Assembly (NCBI GenBank): GCA_963758525.1
Contig: CAVWVQ010000003.1
Span: forward strand, 4,480,001-4,544,000
DNA: 64,000 bases
Direction of reading: 5' to 3'
DNA from: an uncultured Phycisphaerales bacterium
GTDB lineage: Bacteria; Planctomycetota; Phycisphaerae; Tepidisphaerales; Tepidisphaeraceae
Position numbers and translations under genes: made by a program. The stretch's first letter is position 1, and each line of letters starts with the position of its first letter. The notes beneath the pieces were generated by a model. It did no database searches, was not told the DNA's origin, and worked only from the letters and a program-made list of their open reading frames with translations. Positions 21,676-33,514 of this stretch are shown piece by piece.

Positions 21676-24600
21676 TTAGTTCGGATTGCCGAGATAAATG
21701 AACGGGGCCCAGAAGAACGGCTCGGGATATTCTTGGCGGAGCTGCTTTCGCGCGGCGGTGAACGCGGCAAGCTTCGATGGACAACCGGGAGACTGCAGAT
21801 TGCGATAGAAATCCTCCATCAGCCTGGCGGTGCTCTCATCCTGCACTTCCCACTCACTGGCGACGACCGCCGGACAACCGGCGTACCAGAAGCCCCAGGG
21901 AAGGCCGAAGACGCCTTCATCGGTGACGGCGTTGCCTTTGCCGCTATCAATTCCCTGAGAATCGCAGGCGCTGAGCACCACCAGCTCCGTGCCGGAAAGC
22001 TTGCCGCCCCAATGATCAAACAAATCCTCCAGCGTCAGCAGCCCGGTATCCTGTGCGGTGACCACCCGCGGCTGGGTCAGGATAATGCTGCTGTAAATCG
22101 CGTCCTGTCCGGACCTGGCCAGGCCGTGCGTGGCCAGGTGAAGATACCGCGTCCCGACTGCGGCCTCCGCCAGTCGCTTTGCGGTGGCGTCTTCGCCCAA
22201 GAGGACCAGGACCGAATCGTCGTGCCCGGGGGAATATCCGCGGCCCGTGAGCTTCTCGTAGATTCCCATGATTTCTTTGCGCGTTCCGGGAAGCGGCGAG
22301 AGCGCGCCATAGCCGCCGAGGCCGGCATTTCTGGTCTGGCCTGACGGCGCTGCAGACCGACCCAGGTCTCTGGCTTCCCGCTGCAGCACCGGGTCGCCCA
22401 ACAGAACGGCCTGGTGCGTGTAATGCTTCGGCGCGCTGGAGGCCGGTGGCGCGCAGAGCTTGAGCAGCGCGGTGGCGGAAGCGCCGTAACAAATCGCCGG
22501 CCCCTGATCGAGCCAGTAACGGCAATCTTTTGCATCGGGGCTGGCGGGGTTCTGGACGATCAAGGTTTCCAGCGGCAATCCGTTCATCCCCGCATCGGGA
22601 ACGACATAAATCAACTGGTCGTCCTGGATCTGTTGCCAGATCGACGAAGGCATGAGCCGGGACCAGAGTTCGTACCCCTTGCGGGTCATGTCGTCAGCCG
22701 GGGCTTTGGTTGCACCGTCTTCGACGAGCTTTGCCCCGCGCGTGAATGTCTGGTTGTGCGCAACCACCGACTGCTGATAGTCCACGATGCGCCGCTCCAG
22801 GGCCGTGCCGGACAACACGGTTTTGCCATCCGGCTCGGTCAGCAGCGCGCCGGTGATGGGCTGGCCGGCGGGAGGGATCAGGATGACCATGATGTCGCGA
22901 TCGGTAATCGAATACATCAGCAGATGCTGGCGCGGCTTCAGAAGCGCCTGCATCTGCAACGCCGATGCAGGCTCTGCAAACGTCGTTGCGCCGGCGACAT
23001 TGAACAATCGGCGATGCGCGGCGGCGTAGCGCGCGCAGGCGTCATCCAGCTTCGGCTGCAGCAGATCGATCTGAGAATTGCCATCGTCATTGTTCAAGGA
23101 GCGCGCGAAATTGATCTGCGAGGTGAGCTCGCGAACCTGTTCATCGGCATCGGATGTCGCCTTACCGGCCTGCTCGAGCTGCGCCAGCAGTTGCGTATCG
23201 TGGGCTTCCCGCGCCTGCGCTTCGAGCGGCGCCAGCAGATCTCCGCCGTTGCGGCGTTCGGCGCGCTCCAGGACATCCAGAAGACTTCGAGCCCGTCCGC
23301 GATCGAGGTACTCCGCAGCCCGGTCCGGATGCCCCAGCATCAGCTCCACCCGCACGATCGCCACGGGTGCGTCGCAGTCGTCCTGCGCATCGATGAACTT
23401 CATCCGATCCTGGTCGTCGCCACCCAGAATCGCCCGGGCCCGCTCGAAAGCGCCGATCGATTTCTCGTACGCAGCCTCGGCGTCTGCGAGTTGGTTCAGC
23501 GCCAGCAGGCAATCTCCCAGATTCGAGCAGTAGCGATAGAGATCGGGATCGCTCAGACGCTCGGCAAGTGCCACAGCCTTCTGGAACATCGGCAGCGCCT
23601 CCTGCTTTTTTCCCAGCGCGGAGAGACACGAGCCGAGTTTTGCCATGTTCCACGCGACAATCGGATGGTCGCGGCCCTTATAGATGCGCTCCTGCATTTG
23701 GAGCGCTTCGCGGCAGAAGGGAAGCGCCTCGCCAGGATGGTCCAGCGACATGAGACATCCGCCAAGCAGAGCGAGATTGATCGCAATATCCGGACGATCC
23801 TGATTCCCGCTCAACCGGCGGCGCATCGCCAATGCCGCCTGATACATCGGCAGCGCCTCGGCCGATCGCCCCAGATTATCCAGCGAGAGCGCCACGTTGC
23901 TCGTGGCAGTCGCAACATCCGGATGGTCCTGGTCCTTGTAGAGGCGCTTCCACATTTCCAGCGCCGACTGCTGGGTCGACAGCGCGTCGGCGAAGCGGCC
24001 GAGAGACGTGAAACAGGAAGCCTCGTTGTTGAGGGACTCGGCGATGTCGGGGTGATCCATGCCGTTGTACATCCGCCGTCTCATTTCCAGTGCCGCTTGA
24101 TGATCGGGCAACGCCTCGGCGCAGCGTCCCAAATCGTCGAGGCAACTGGCGATGTTCGCCAGAGCGGTCGCCACGTCCGGGGAGTCCTGACCCTTGTGGA
24201 TGCGGTCGAGCATATCGTGCGACAACTGGAAGTCGGCCAGCGCTTCCTGATGGCGGCCCAGAAATGCCAGGCAGGTCGCCAGATCGTTCAACGATGAGGC
24301 AACATCGGTATCGTCCTTCCCCTGGTAGATCCGCCGGCGCATCTCCAGCGCCGCCTGAAACATCGGCAGCGCTTCGTTGCCGCGTCCCAGCGACTCCATG
24401 CACCCAGCGACATTGTCCATCACCACGGCGAGGTCGGCGCTGTCCTGGTTCTTGAAAATCCGGCGAGTCGATTCCAGTGCAGACTGATATACAACCAGCG
24501 CATCGGAGTCGCGTCCCAGCGCGCTGAGACACTTGGCGAGGTTGTTCATGCTCGCCACTACATCGATCTGATCGTCCTGCTGATAGATGCGCCGGCGCAT

Positions 24601-25697
24601 CTCCAGCGTCGCCTGGAAGACCTTGAGCGCTTCGTCGTAGCGCCCAGCGCGAAGAGGCAGAACGCAACGCTATTCTGGGTCGTGGCCACATCGGCGTCGT
24701 CCGCCCCTTTGTTCAGTCGCTGCTTCATCTGTAGTGCGGCCTGGAGGTTGGTCAGCGCATCCGCCGGCCGGCCCAGATCCTGCAGGCACCCGCCCAGGTT
24801 GCAGTAGGCCTCGGCGACGTCCGCGTCGTCCTGCCCCTTGTGCATCCGCCCGCGCATTTCCAAAGCCTTCTGGTAGAGCGGCAAGGCGTCCTCGTTACGG
24901 TCGAGGGCCGCCAGGCGCCGGGCGACGCTGGTCATGCTCCAGGCGACGTCTGGCGAATCCTCACCCTTTGCCAGGCGCTGGCGCATCTCCAGCGCGGCTT
25001 GGTCGAGCGGTAATGCCTCGTCGTTGCGGCCCAGATTCGCCAGGCAATTGGCCAGATTTGCCATCGCGGTCGCCAGATCCTCGTCGTCCTCGTTCTTGTG
25101 AAGGCGCAGGCAGATCTCGGTTGCCCGTTTGAACTTCGGAAGGGCGTCCGCATCGCGACCAAGTTGTGCCAGCGCAAATCCCTCGCCCGTGAGGCAGGCG
25201 GCGGCTTCGGTTGTTTCACCGGTTCCCTGTGCTTTCAGATAGATCTCGGATGCCGACTGATATTTCGCCAGGGCATCTTCCGGTTTGCCGGCAGACCGGT
25301 CGTCCAACGCGGCTGAGAGAAGTTCGTTGGCATGCGCAAGCGGGTCCGAAGCCGGAGCCGAGGCTGGCGCGGTGGTCGATTGATCTGCTAAAGCGATCGA
25401 CGGATTCCATGCCGCGACGCAGATGCACGCGATCGTGCAAAGGAGTCCGCTTACGACTGACCTGCGGAGGCGATTCGCGGAACCGCCTCGGGTCCCTTCT
25501 CCCGGTACTCCCGGAGAGGGATAGGGTGAGGGTGTTTTCGAGCACCGGGGACGCTCAGAATTCCAAATCACCCTCACCCCAACCCTCTCCCGGGGTACCG
25601 GGAGAGGGGGCTGGAAGGCGACTCGCTGCGATGGGGCGTGATACCTGCACGACCTCGCAAGGTCAGCAACTGCCGCAATGTCTTTCCAGCGAATCAT
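21676..25697 (-). CDS. TPR-CHAT caspase-like protease C (signal peptide, many kinesin-light-chain-type TPRs, CHAT domain, no PDZ); frameshift at ~24640; start uncertain
   Basis: Repeats such as DHPDIAESLNN...QAALEMRRR; catalytic HLATHG and LSACDS; C-terminal PFFWAPFIYLG. Confidence 0.85.
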
Positions 25698-25781
25698 GAT
25701 TATCAGTAACGCGGAATTCATCCCGTTGTTTTTATGCCGCAACATTTCGCCACGTCGCGCGGGATGAATCCCGCGCCACGC

Positions 25782-26526
25782 GGCGATCTCAATTCGGATC
25801 ACCCAGATAGATGAACGGCGCCCAGAAAAACGGCTCGGGGTAATCCAGCTTCAACTGCTTGCGGGCGGCGGTGAACGCCGAGAGCTTGTTGGTTCCCGGC
25901 GCGGCCCGCAGATCGGCGTAAAACTTTTGCATCAACTCGGCAGTGCTCGCATCCTGCACTTCCCACAAACTGGCGACCACCGCGGGACTGCCGGCGTACA
26001 TGAATCCCCAGGGCAATCCGAAGACGCCTTCGCCGCCGCGGGCGTTGGTTCCCTGGGCGTCGAGCCCCTGCGAATCGCAGGCGCTGAGCACCACGAGTTC
26101 GGTTCCGTCCAACCGGCCCCACCAGTGATCGAACAAATCCTGCAGCGTGAGCAGGCCGGTATCCTGCGGCGTGATGACCAGCGGTTGGCTCAAGACGACG
26201 CTGCTGTAGATCGCGTTGGCGCCCGGCTCCACCAGGCCGTGGGTGGCCAGGTGGAGGTAACGCGTTCCCTTTGCAGCCTCGGCGAGGCGCTGACCGGTGG
26301 CGTCTTCGCCCAGGAGCACCATCACCGGATCGTCGGCGTGCTGCGCGTAGGCCTTGCCGGTGAGCACCTGGTAAATCCCCTGCACTTCCCGGCGGGTGCC
26401 GGGAAGGGGAGTCAGCGCGCCGTAGCGCGTGAGGCTCGCGTCGCGCAGCGCGACCGAACTCGGCTCTGGTTTTTGCGGAGACGGCGTCAGTTGCGCCGCC
26501 AACTCCGGAGTCATGTCTTTCAGCTC
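25782..26526. repeat. ~745-bp near-identical direct repeat (3' end of CHAT-B), partner at 29772-30516
   Basis: Offset 3990 bp; roughly a dozen visible substitutions, nearly all synonymous. Confidence 0.9.
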
Positions 26527-29500
26527 CACGCCCGGCGCTGTGTCCAGCGAGAGTTCGCGCTCGACCATCTGTCCATCGAGCCAGAACTTGAGCCTGGGAG
26601 TTTGACTGAGCTTTCCGTGAAAGCGCAGCAGTTCGAGTTTATCCACTGCGCTGTCGAACGAATCCTTGGAGACCACATTCACCGGGCCATACGCGACGAC
26701 AATTGCGCCGATCCGCAGGCCGATCGAGGCGGCGGTCGATCCGGGCTGCACGCTGGTGACCATCGCGCCCGATGATGGCGCGGGCACGCGCTGCTGATCG
26801 GCCGGATTGCGCTGCAACACGGGATCGCCCAGCAGCACCGCCTCGCGGGCGTAGGTTTTCTGGCCGCGATCCGGCTCCTGACGACGAAGCTCCAGCAGCG
26901 CCGCCGCTGACGGTCCGTAGCAAAGAAGCGGGCCGGCGTCGAGCCAGTAGGTATTGTCTTTGGCGCTGGAAGCGTGCATAGCGGAAGTTTGCGGCCTTTG
27001 GACGACCAGCATTTCTATCGGCAGGCCGCTCATTGCCGAGTCCGGAACCACGTAAACAATCTGGTCGTCCTTGATCTGGTTCCAGACTTGCTCGGGCATC
27101 AACTCGCGGAAGAGTTCATATCCCTCGGCTGGGATGTCGGATTGGGGGCGAGTTGCAGGCTCGGTCTGCGCGATCCTGAGGCCGCGCACCGAATCCAGAC
27201 CATGCTGCACCACGGCGCGGCGGTAGTTGCCGATCAACCCACCAATCCGGCTGCCCGATAGCGGCGTCCTCCCATCTGATTGGACCAGGGACATACCAAT
27301 GATCGGCTGACCGGAAGGGGGAACGACCAGGAGGACCGCGTCATAACGTGTAATCGAATACATCAGAAGATGCTGATGCGGCTGCAGCAGAGATTGAATC
27401 TGCACCGAAGTGGTTGCCTCGGTGAACGTCGTCCGACCGGCAAGGTTGAATTTACGGCGATGGGCGTCGGCGTATTGCTGGCATGCCAGGTTCAACTGCG
27501 GCTGGAGCTGTTTGATTTGCGCGAGTCCTTCGTCACTGTTGAGCGATCGCGCGTGATTGATCTGCGAAGTCAACTGCCGAACCTGGTCGTCGGCAACATT
27601 CAAGGCGGTTCTGGCTTCGGCGATGCGCTGCAATTCGCCAGTATCGTTGGCGAGCCTGGCTTTCTTCTCCAGAGGATCGAGCAGATCGCCGTTTGTGAGC
27701 CGCTCTCCCCGTTCGAGGATATCGAGCAGGCTCTTGGCGCGTCCGCGATCCAGGTATTCCGCCGCGGAGTCCGCGTGCCCCAATGCGAGCTGCGCAGGAC
27801 CATCCCGCTGAACGGGTCTATGTCGCGATTGGCGCTCATGAAACCCATGCGGTCCTGATCGTCGCCCCCCAGCGTCGTTCTGGCTTGTTCCAAGGCGTCG
27901 ATCGATTCCTCGTACGCCTTGGCGGCGCCCGCGAAATCGTGCGAGTAGAAGAGCATATCTCCCAGAACGCAGCAGTCGCGGAACAGATCAGGGCTCCCGA
28001 GTCGCTCGGCCATCTGAACGCAGGCGCGGGACAGCGGAATTGCCTCCTTCGTGCGCCGCAGGATCGCCAGCTCATACGCGACGTCGTTCATGCTCGAGAC
28101 AATTTCGGGATGGTCCTGATCGCCATAGATGCGACGCCGCATTTCCAGCGCCGCCTGATGAAACGGCAGCGCGTCTGCGAAGCGGCCGAGATCACACAGA
28201 CAACTTCCAACGGAATTGAAGCTGTCAGCCAACTCCGGGTGATTCTGGCCTTTGTAGATGCGCCCGCGCATCTGAAACGCGGCCAGATGCATCGGCAGCG
28301 CCTGTGCCGAACGGCCCAGGCTGTCGAGGCACGCCGCGACGCTGTCCATGCTCTCGGCGACATCGGAGGAATCCTTCCCTTCCGCAAGCCGCTGCCGCAT
28401 CCGCAGGGCGGCCTGGAGCATCGGCAGCGATTCAGCCTCGCGTCCCAGGGCGCCGATGCACTGCGCGACGTTGCTCATGTCCGTCGCCAGATCCCGATGA
28501 TCTTTGCCGTTCTGCAGGCGCTGCTCCATTTGCATCGCGGCTTCGTACATCGGAAGCGCTTCGGCGCTGCGACCCAGGTTATCCAGGCAGGAGGCCAGGT
28601 CATTGAGGCTTGCGGCGATATCGAACGCGTCACGCCCTCCGAAAGTCCGCCGCCTCATGTCCAGAACGGCGCGGAACATCGGCAGCGCCTCGGCGCTGCG
28701 CCCAGATCGTCAAGACAGCCGGCAACGTCCTCCTCGGTCTGCGCCACATCCCAAAAATCCACGCCTTTGTGAAGGCGTCTGCGCATTTCAAGCTCCGCCT
28801 GATACACAGGCAGAGCCTCAGCGCTGCGGCCCAGATTCTTCAAGCAGGTGGCAACATCGTCCTGGCTCTGCGCCAGATCGAATTGGTCGCGACCGCCACA
28901 AAGACGGCGTTTCATTTCAAACGCGTCCTGGAACGGCTTGAGCGCCTCGTCATATCGCTCCAGCGCGGTCAGACACTTTCCAAGCGTCTGGAATTCGTTG
29001 GCGATCGAAGCGTCATCCTTTCCCTTGAGAATGCGCTGCTGCATCGCCACGCCGTCCTGGCAATACTGCAAAGCTTCCTCGTCGCGGTTCAGACTGTGGA
29101 GGCACCAGCCGAAGTTGCTCATGGCAAGTCCGAACTCCAGGCGGTCCTGCTTTTGGTAGAGCCGCTGGCACATCTCCAATGCCGCCGCGAATCTTGGCAG
29201 CGACTCATCGAGCCGGTTCAATCGCGCGAGGCACCATGCCTCGCCGGTCAGACAGCGGGACACGTCAGGGTTGTCCTGCTTGCCATAGACCTTCTGATAG
29301 AGAGCGAGCGCTGACTGATCCTCATTGAACGCGCTATCGAACTTGCCCATCGTCCACGCCGCGTTGGCCGATGCCCAATGGGCGCGGGCCTGCGCGAGTG
29401 CTGCGTCGCGGTCGGTTGGGGCGGGCTGGGTTGATGAAGCGGAGGTTCCCTCATCTGCTGATGCAATCGCCGGCAGCGGCAACTGGATGCCGATGCAGGC

Positions 29501-29728
29501 GATCATGCAAAGGAGCACGCTTGCGAGAAATTGTTGAACTCTGTTTAGCCGCGCCGCGCAACGAAGCGTGTCCAGCGGCGCAGTCTGACGGGCGCCGTTC
29601 GGAGCCAAGCCCTCCCCCGGAGTACCAGTGGACGGAGAAAGAGTTGTCGGGGCCGTAGTAGTTACCAGCGCCCGAAAGATCGGGCACGCATGCGGCGTAA
29701 TTCCGTGCTTGAATGACGTAATCTTCAT
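25789..29728 (-). CDS. TPR-CHAT caspase-like protease B with PDZ-like insertion; frameshifts at ~28700 and ~27795; start uncertain
   Basis: ORFs 28655..29782, 27600..28679 and 25789..27783. PDZ-like GAMVTSVQPGSTAASIGLRIGAIVVAY; HLATHG and LSACDS. Confidence 0.85.
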
Positions 29729-29778
29729 CCAATGCTCATGGAACGAATGGTTCCCAATTCGCCAGCGCGTTGGCGATC

Positions 29779-32700
29779 TCAATTCGGATCACCCAGATAG
29801 ATGAACGGCGCCCAGAAAAACGGCTCGGGGTAATCCAGCTTCAACTGCTTGCGGGCGGCGGTGAACGCCGAGAGCTTGTTGGTTCCCGGCGCTGCCCGCA
29901 GATCGGCGTAAAACTTTTGCATCAGCTCGGCAGTGCTCGCATCCTGCACTTCCCACAAACTGGCGACCACCGCGGGGCTGCCGGCGTACATGAATCCCCA
30001 GGGCAATCCGAAGACGCCTTCGCCGCCGCGGGCGTTGGTTCCCTGGGCGTCGAGCCCCTGCGAATCGCAGGCGCTGAGCACCACGAGCTCGGTTCCATCC
30101 AACCGGCCCCACCAGTGATCGAACAAATCCTGCAGCGTGAGCAGGCCGGTATCCTGCGGAGTGATGACCAGCGGCTGACTCAAGACGACGCTGCTGTAGA
30201 TCGCGTTGGCGCCCGGCTCCACCAGGCCGTGGGTGGCCAGGTGGAGGTAACGCGTTCCCTTTGCAGCCTCGGCGAGGCGCTGGCCGGTGGCGTCTTCGCC
30301 CAGGAGCACCATCACCGGATCGTCGGCGTGCTGCGCGTAGGCCTTGCCGGTGAGCACCTGGTAAATCCCCTGCACTTCCCGGCGGGTGCCGGGAAGGGGA
30401 GTCAGCGCGCCGTAGCGCGTGAGGCTCGCATCGCGCAGCGCGACCGAACTCGGCTCTGGTTTTTGCGGAGACGGCGTCAGTTGCGCCGCCAACTCCGGAC
30501 TCATGTCCTTCAGCTCGACTCCCGGGCTCGACTCAATCGGCAGATCACGCTCCAGCATCTGCCCCTCGAGCCAGAACTTCAGCTTTGGAGTTTGGTCGAG
30601 CTTTCCGTGAAAATGAAGCAGCGCGAGCTTGTCAACTGCCGTATCGAACTGGTCCTTCGAGCCAACTTCGATCGACCCGTAGCCCACGATCACTGCGCCG
30701 CGCGGAGTCCGATTCCCTCCCCGGTCGAACCCGCCTGCACGCGCGTTACCAGCGCGCCGGACTGCGGCGCCGGCAGACGCGGTCGGGCATCATCATTCCG
30801 CTGCAGGACAGGATCGCCGAGCAACACCGCTTCGTGCGCGTAGGTTCTTCCCTCCCGATTGGTTTCCTGTCTGCGCAGCTCGAGCAATGCGGCCGCGGAC
30901 GGGCCGTAGCAGAGCAGCGGGCCGTGGTCGAGCCAGTAAACGTTATCCCTGGCGTCCGCGGTTCTCGGCTTTTGCGTGATCAGCATCTCCAGCGGCAGCC
31001 CGCTCATCGACGCGTCGGGCACCACGTACACCAGGGAGTCGCGCTGAATCTCCCGCCAGACGGCGTCGGGCAAGAGCTGGCGGAACAGTTGATACCCTTC
31101 ATCGGAGGTGTCTTGCGTCGGATGCGTTGTCGCTTCGGTCTCGGCCAATCGCACTCCGCGAATCAGATTCATTCCGCGCTGCACGACCGTCCTGCGATAA
31201 CTTTGAATCAGTCGCTGAAGCGATTCTCCCGAAAGGCGCGTCTTGCCGTCGGCTTCCGTCAGATACATTCCGCTGATCGTCCCTCCCGGCGGCGGAATCA
31301 GCAGCACGACGGCGCTTCGAGGGGTGATCGAATACATCAGCAGATGCTGCCCCGGCTGCACGAGAGATTGAATCTGAAGCGACGTCGTTGCCTCGGTAAA
31401 TGTCGTCCTTCCGGCGAGGTTGAATTCCTGCCGGTGAGCGTTGGCATACTCCTGCCAGGCGGTGTTCAGTTTCGGCTGCAACTCTCTGATATCTTGCAGC
31501 CCCTGGGCGTTATTCATCGCGCGGGCATGGTTAATGCGCGAGGTGAGCTGCCGCACCTGATCCTCCGCCGCCGCCAGTGCCGTTCGATCGCCGAGGATCA
31601 GCTTCAGTTGCTGCTTGTCGTTCGTAAGCCTGGCCTTCTTCTCCAGGGGATCGAGCAGATCGCCATCGGAAAGGCGTTCCCCGCGCTCGAGAATATCGAG
31701 CAGGCTCTTGGCTCGTCCGCGATCGAGATACTCCGCGGCGGTGTCCGCGTGCCCCAGTTCGAGTTGCGCCCGGACCATGCCGCCAAACGGATCGCGTGAC
31801 TGCATGGTGGAACTCATGAATCCCATCCGGTCCTGATCGTCGCCGCCCATGGTCGCGCGGAACTGCTCGAGCGAATCGATCGATTCCCCGAATTCTTTGG
31901 CCGCTTCGGCTGCGTGACCGGTCATCAGGAGGATGACTCCCAGATCGTTGCAGTAGTTGAATAAGTCAGGACTTCTGAGCCGCTCGGCCATCGCATTCGC
32001 ACCGCGGCCCATCGCCAGGGCTTCCTCGCCGCGACTCACCCGCATCAGTTCCACCGCCAGTTGATCCATGCACGCTGCCGTTGCCGGATGGTCGCGGCCC
32101 TTCCAGATGCGCTGATCCATTTCCAGCGCATCGTGGAACAGCGGAAGCGCTTCGGCGTGACGATTCAAAGCGCTGAGGCATTCCGCAGCCTGAAGCAGCC
32201 CGCCTGCGGTAGCGGGATTGTCCTGGTCATGATACATACGCCGGCTCATCGCCAGTGCCTCCTGATACATCCCAAGCGCCTCCAAAGCGCGGTCCAGACT
32301 TTGGAGGCAATAGGCGACGTTCTGCAGGTTCATCGCAATAAACGGATGATCCTGATTTTTGAAGATCCTCCGATGCATTTGCAAAGCCGCCTGGAGATAT
32401 CGCAACGCCTCGGCGCGACGGCCCAGTGGGTGCAGGCACGCGGCGAGGTTATTCATGTTGTTGGCGACGTCCAGGTTGTCGTAGCCCTTGTGAATTCGCT
32501 GGTTCATCGCGACGGCCATCTGCAACATCGGCAGCGCCTGTGCAAGCCGGCCGAGTTTCGTGAATTCGAACCCAACCGTGTTGAGGCTGTTTGCAATCGC
32601 AGGATTGTCATGTGCGCCGTACAGACGGACCCTCATCTCCAGCGCAGCCATGTAATAGGGGAGCGCCTGCATGCTGCGTCCCGCTCCGTCGAGATAAATG

Positions 32701-33263
32701 CCCAGCGTATTCTCAATAACGGCGACGTTGGGATCGTCACGATTGTTGGAGAGCCTTCGCTCGATGCTCAAGGCGGTCCGCCCGGCGACCAACGCGTCGT
32801 CGCAACGACCCAGGGCAAACAGAGCTTTCGAAAGATTCATGAACATCAGGCCCATCTCCAAGCTGTCCTTGCCTTTTGACAGTCGCTGCTCCATCTCGCA
32901 AGCCGCCTGCAGGTTCGGCAGCGCCTCCGGGTCGCGGCCGGCAGCATGCAGATCGCATCCGTACGTGTGCAGTGCGTTGGCCAGCACCTCCTGATCCTGA
33001 TCTTGGTACACCCGCCGATACAGCACGATCGCCGCCTTGAACGTCGGAAGCGCCAGCTCCATCCGATTGGTGGAGGCAAAAGTCAACGCTTGCCGGTAGA
33101 GGAAATTGGCGGCGGAAAGGTTCCATCGATCGCGAGCTTGCGCAGACTTCGCGTCGTCAGTCGTCGCCGCAGCCGCTTGGGAGGGAATCGTTGTGGGAAG
33201 CGTGGCGGGAGACGCTTGGGCGGGAAGTCCAAATAGAAGGAACGCAATGACTGCCCCGAGCAT
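29779..33263 (-). CDS. TPR-CHAT caspase-like protease A with PDZ-like insertion; frameshift at ~30695 (alternative start 33476)
   Basis: Signal-like MLGAVIAFLLFGLPAQA; TPRs; GALVTRVQAGSTGEGIGLR PDZ-like segment; HLATHG and LSACDS. Confidence 0.85.
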
Positions 33264-33310
33264 GAAGCGGCGTTCTTTCCTCTGCCCCTTGTACTGGTGC
33301 CAGAGAAGAA

Positions 33311-33360
33311 GAAATGGCCAAGGCCCAATGGCCAACAAAATCCCAAGCCCCAATGACCAA
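33311..33360. repeat. CCAA(T/G)G heptamer-type repeat, duplicated at 36181-36229
   Basis: AAATGGCCAAGGCCCAATGGCCAACAAAATCCCAAGCCCCAATGACCAA in both places, upstream of CHAT-A and of the ECF gene. Confidence 0.75.
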
Positions 33361-33514
33361 TGCGAGACCCGCGCGCGGTCCCTCCGTCCCCTCCCCACAA
33401 CTCCCCCGCTGGGTCGAAGCACTCGCCGGCAGTGACCGATCGATGCTGATTCGGCTTGGTTGCTGAGCAGATCCATTGCGATGCTCCATGCGCAGCACGT
33501 TTCGCTTGACGTGT

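Noticed and set aside
25782..30516. DGR template/variable repeat pair
   Set aside because: Differences are not adenine-specific and are mostly synonymous, the repeat is too long, and no reverse transcriptase is present.
21676..33263. Gasdermin-CHAT defence system
   Set aside because: No gasdermin-like ORF recognised, and the proteases carry signal-like N-termini.
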